Part shown: positions 61,301 through 64,000 of the stretch, piece by piece | How the letters are laid out: every line of letters begins with the position of its first letter | Numbering within the stretch: the first letter of the stretch is position 1 | Origin: Azolla caroliniana | Lineage: Eukaryota; Plantae; Polypodiophyta | NCBI GenBank assembly: GCA_043228905.1 | Contig: JBHGNT010000014.1 | Coordinates: 6,510,001-6,574,000 of the forward strand | DNA: 64,000 nucleotides | Reading direction: 5' to 3' | The notes under the pieces: model-generated | The model's database searches: none | What the model saw: the letters and a program-made list of their open reading frames with translations, nothing else | What the model was told of the DNA's origin: nothing | Position numbers and translations under genes: made by a program

Positions 61301-62674
61301 TTTATGATCAACTTAACATTCAACCTCAGTGTTTTAGACTCGAACCCAGGACCACAAGGTTATTAAGCATAAGCATTACCACTATATATTTTAGTTTCTA
61401 TTTATAATTTTTACTGGGCATAAAGGAGGCAATTAATGATTTCAGGTTGTGCATTACCATGTAATATTGTCTTGTTCTATTTCTTATTACTACTGTGATT
61501 GAAATTTTACAGGGAACAAGATCTGCCCTTTATGCCAACAAACGGGAATCCATAACATTAACAATAGAGGAGGTAACACCAAGATCCGTAGGAGCCATGA
61601 TCGCGCTCTATGAGAGAGCTGTTGGTCTCTATGCAAGTCTCGTAAACATCAATGCATATCATCAACCTGGTCAGTTTTCTCCATTTGAATGTCACAAATT
61701 TCTCAAATTTTCTTTTTGCTGTTTTTTTGTATAGAAATCATGCCCAATCTCGACCAGGAGTTTCACTTTTGTTGTTTCAGGATACAAATAGAAGTGAAAA
61801 TTTGACCTAAATTTGCATATTTTGTTTTTTCGTTGTTGTTTCTGTATATTGAGCTATATTCAAAATTTTGACCTGAAAATTGCACTTCTTTTGCAGTTCA
61901 TGTAAATAGAAATTGTGGCAAAATGTGATATGTTGAATTTGGCAGCTTTTTGTGTTTGGTAAAATTTAATGAGATATTTTTCTTCCCAAAGTTGGACCAG
62001 AAAAATTGCAATTCTTATGTGTTTGTCATACCAATATTACCAAGATTTGGTTTGACATTGGGGGTGACACTTTGATAGGAGTTGAGGCTGGTAAGAAAGC
62101 TGCAGCCGAAGTGTTGGCACTACAGAAGAGGGTCCTTTCAGTTCTTAACAGTGCCAGGTAAAGGAAATTGATGTGGCCATTAGCTCATCATGGAAGCCAT
62201 TTAGAAAGGGGATAGCAACCTTCATATGATGTGTGTATTTTGTGTGAAGATAAATATGCATGTACATATATGTAAGTGTGTGCGTGTGTACACACACACA
62301 CACACATGCATCCATCCATCCATGCATATATATGGTTTGATTCCAACTTGATTATATATATTTTAATTCAGCTGTAAGGATCCCATCGAGCCTTTAACTG
62401 TCGAACAAATTGCAGAGCGATGCCATGCTAGTGACCAGGTTTTAGCAGTTGTCAATGCACAAAGTCTTTTGTTTCTGCTAGGAATTTTAAAATACAGAAT
62501 TTTTTACCTTTCTTGGTTTTCTGGTATTCTTTCTTTCAGATAGAGATGGTTTATAAGATAGTTGCACACATGGCGTCCAATGATAGGCTCGTGATTGCCG
62601 AGGGACAATGCGGGTCCCCACGAAGCATTAAGGTTTACACAGGAGAGTGCAGTGTTGAAGAGCTATATGTGTAG
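58342..62674 (+). CDS. PGI1: Plastid-type glucose-6-phosphate isomerase, 14 exons, 651 aa. Exons: 58342-58974, 59162-59284, 59457-59555, 59642-59725, 59865-60008, 60143-60208, 60304-60372, 60546-60653, 60752-60804, 60907-61045, 61513-61669, 62079-62157, 62372-62438, 62540-62674
   Basis: All introns are GT-AG and phases add to an open 1956-nt frame. Motifs [67 protein letters not shown]. Ser-rich transit peptide. Confidence 0.96.
61330..61391 (-). other. tRNA-derived (SINE-like) remnant in PGI intron 10
   Basis: Minus strand ATATATAGTGG, 32 nt, then GGTTCGAGTC: A-box/B-box at tRNA spacing; no intact cloverleaf. Confidence 0.45.
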
Positions 62675-63657
62675 AAGGGATGTGTCGATTCGGCTACTAC
62701 CTTAACACCACTCTACCTTGAAGTTGAGATGGAATGGTCTGAGAGCCTGTGTAAAATAAAAATTTGAACTCCCAATTGGATCAAGATCAATCTTTTTGGT
62801 TATAACACCCAAGTGGAATTTTGTCATTGTCTAGTTTAGTTACATGCCTTACCACTTGTAATAAGAAGAGTGATATATTCGCATGTATATCAGTCATCAA
62901 AATGCCTTCAATGGAGATACGATACACATCAATCACATAATCTGTTTCATTGCTTTGACTTTTAAAGTTCTCCAATACAATGAGAGCCTTTTTTTTTCGC
63001 TTGCTATGAATTGTGCAATCATTAACTTAGATGGATATCAACGCAATCAACCGTTGTGTATCTTACCTTTGCTTTCAAGCTTCATCAATGCAATGTAGAA
63101 GTAATATTGCATAGCTATGTGTGGAGCATGGTATTGGTATGGATGATATGTCATGAAAAGAGGGGTATGTTTTGGACATTTAATGTTATAGACCAATTAC
63201 AAGTAACCATAAATGTGATGCTTGAGAGGAAGAAAAATGTTTTTGTGAAGATATCATTGGGATGAACAAGTGCCAACTCATGTCTTATGTGGCCAATGAA
63301 AAGAGTTGTACATTGAATATGGTAGATGGGTTAGTTGTTAACGCTATAATATATCATATAGATAAGAATGTTAAGAGTGTAATCCTGGGTTAGATCGTAT
63401 TTCTCTCACTGACTTGATTCCATATTTGCTCATTTTAGAGCACATGAGCTAGAGCTCTTCTTGTTATCAAACCCTCTTTTGCAATTGTGTTTCAACACTC
63501 TACTAATGATAGTATAATTGTTTGTTAAATATCTATGGATGCATCTGAATTGTTTTTTGTGAAGTATTTAACATGGGTACATCTATGGTCACAATGTTTT
63601 GCACTTGGTTTTGGATTACTTTGAGCTCATGGACACTGTGCTCGAATAGATGTTGAG

Positions 63658-63770
63658 CCTACAGGAGGAATCAATCCAAAGAACTTGACAGCGACATCCT
63701 ACAGGAGGAATCAATCCAAAGAACTTGAAGGTGACATCCTCCGGGAGGAATCAATCCAAAGATCTTGACA
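63658..63770. repeat. 40-bp tandem repeat, ~2.8 copies
   Basis: CCTACAGGAGGAATCAATCCAAAGAACTTGACAGCGACAT at 63658, 63698 and 63738. Confidence 0.9.
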
Positions 63771-64000
63771 TCCATGAATCGCTCCACCAACTGTTATAGA
63801 ATTGCTCATGTGAGAAACAACATATAATGCGGATGCTCTTCATGCTGTTTGTTGTGGGGACAAGTCATTCACTAGGTGGTGTTGTCCCTAATTCAAAAAC
63901 CCAACTTCTGTTTGCAAATTCCTTGAGAATTCTACCGGATCAATATGAAGAGATAGTGAAAAACTGATCCTAATCCAAAGCTTGAAGAGTCAGTTGGACT

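Noticed and set aside
63658-63770. Possible mini-CRISPR or regulatory array
   Set aside because: Head-to-tail 40-bp tandem repeat with no unique spacers.
63000-64000. Possible further TE remnant downstream of PGI
   Set aside because: No diagnostic domain or terminus visible within the window.

Overview
Eukaryotic (land-plant) nuclear DNA; the TE lineages present suggest a non-seed plant such as a fern (inference). Bases 1-53.4 kb are a deeply nested transposon cluster. It holds two Athila/Tat-related non-chromovirus Ty3/gypsy elements (A, B), two Tcn1-like chromoviruses (D, F), two near-complete Ty1/copia elements (G, E), two copia remnants (C, J), a short-LTR gypsy (H), a chromovirus remnant (K), two solo LTRs and four hAT-type MITEs. 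A ~39-kb span (8205-47234) is bounded by 25-bp TIRs of a Sola2-like DDE DNA transposon (~7.6 kb once nested inserts are removed). It carries palindromic TAGCTAATTAGCTA arrays and a second, convergent gene. The only intact host gene is a 14-exon plastid glucose-6-phosphate isomerase (58342-62674, 651 aa). The most unusual signals are: (1) element B has a tRNA-Arg-like primer site at BOTH internal ends and no polypurine tract; (2) the Sola2-like element and its architecture; (3) antisense tRNA-like A-box/B-box cassettes in the U3 of several unrelated LTRs; (4) a telomere-repeat patch replacing part of an integrase. All coordinates were read by eye; no database searches were run.
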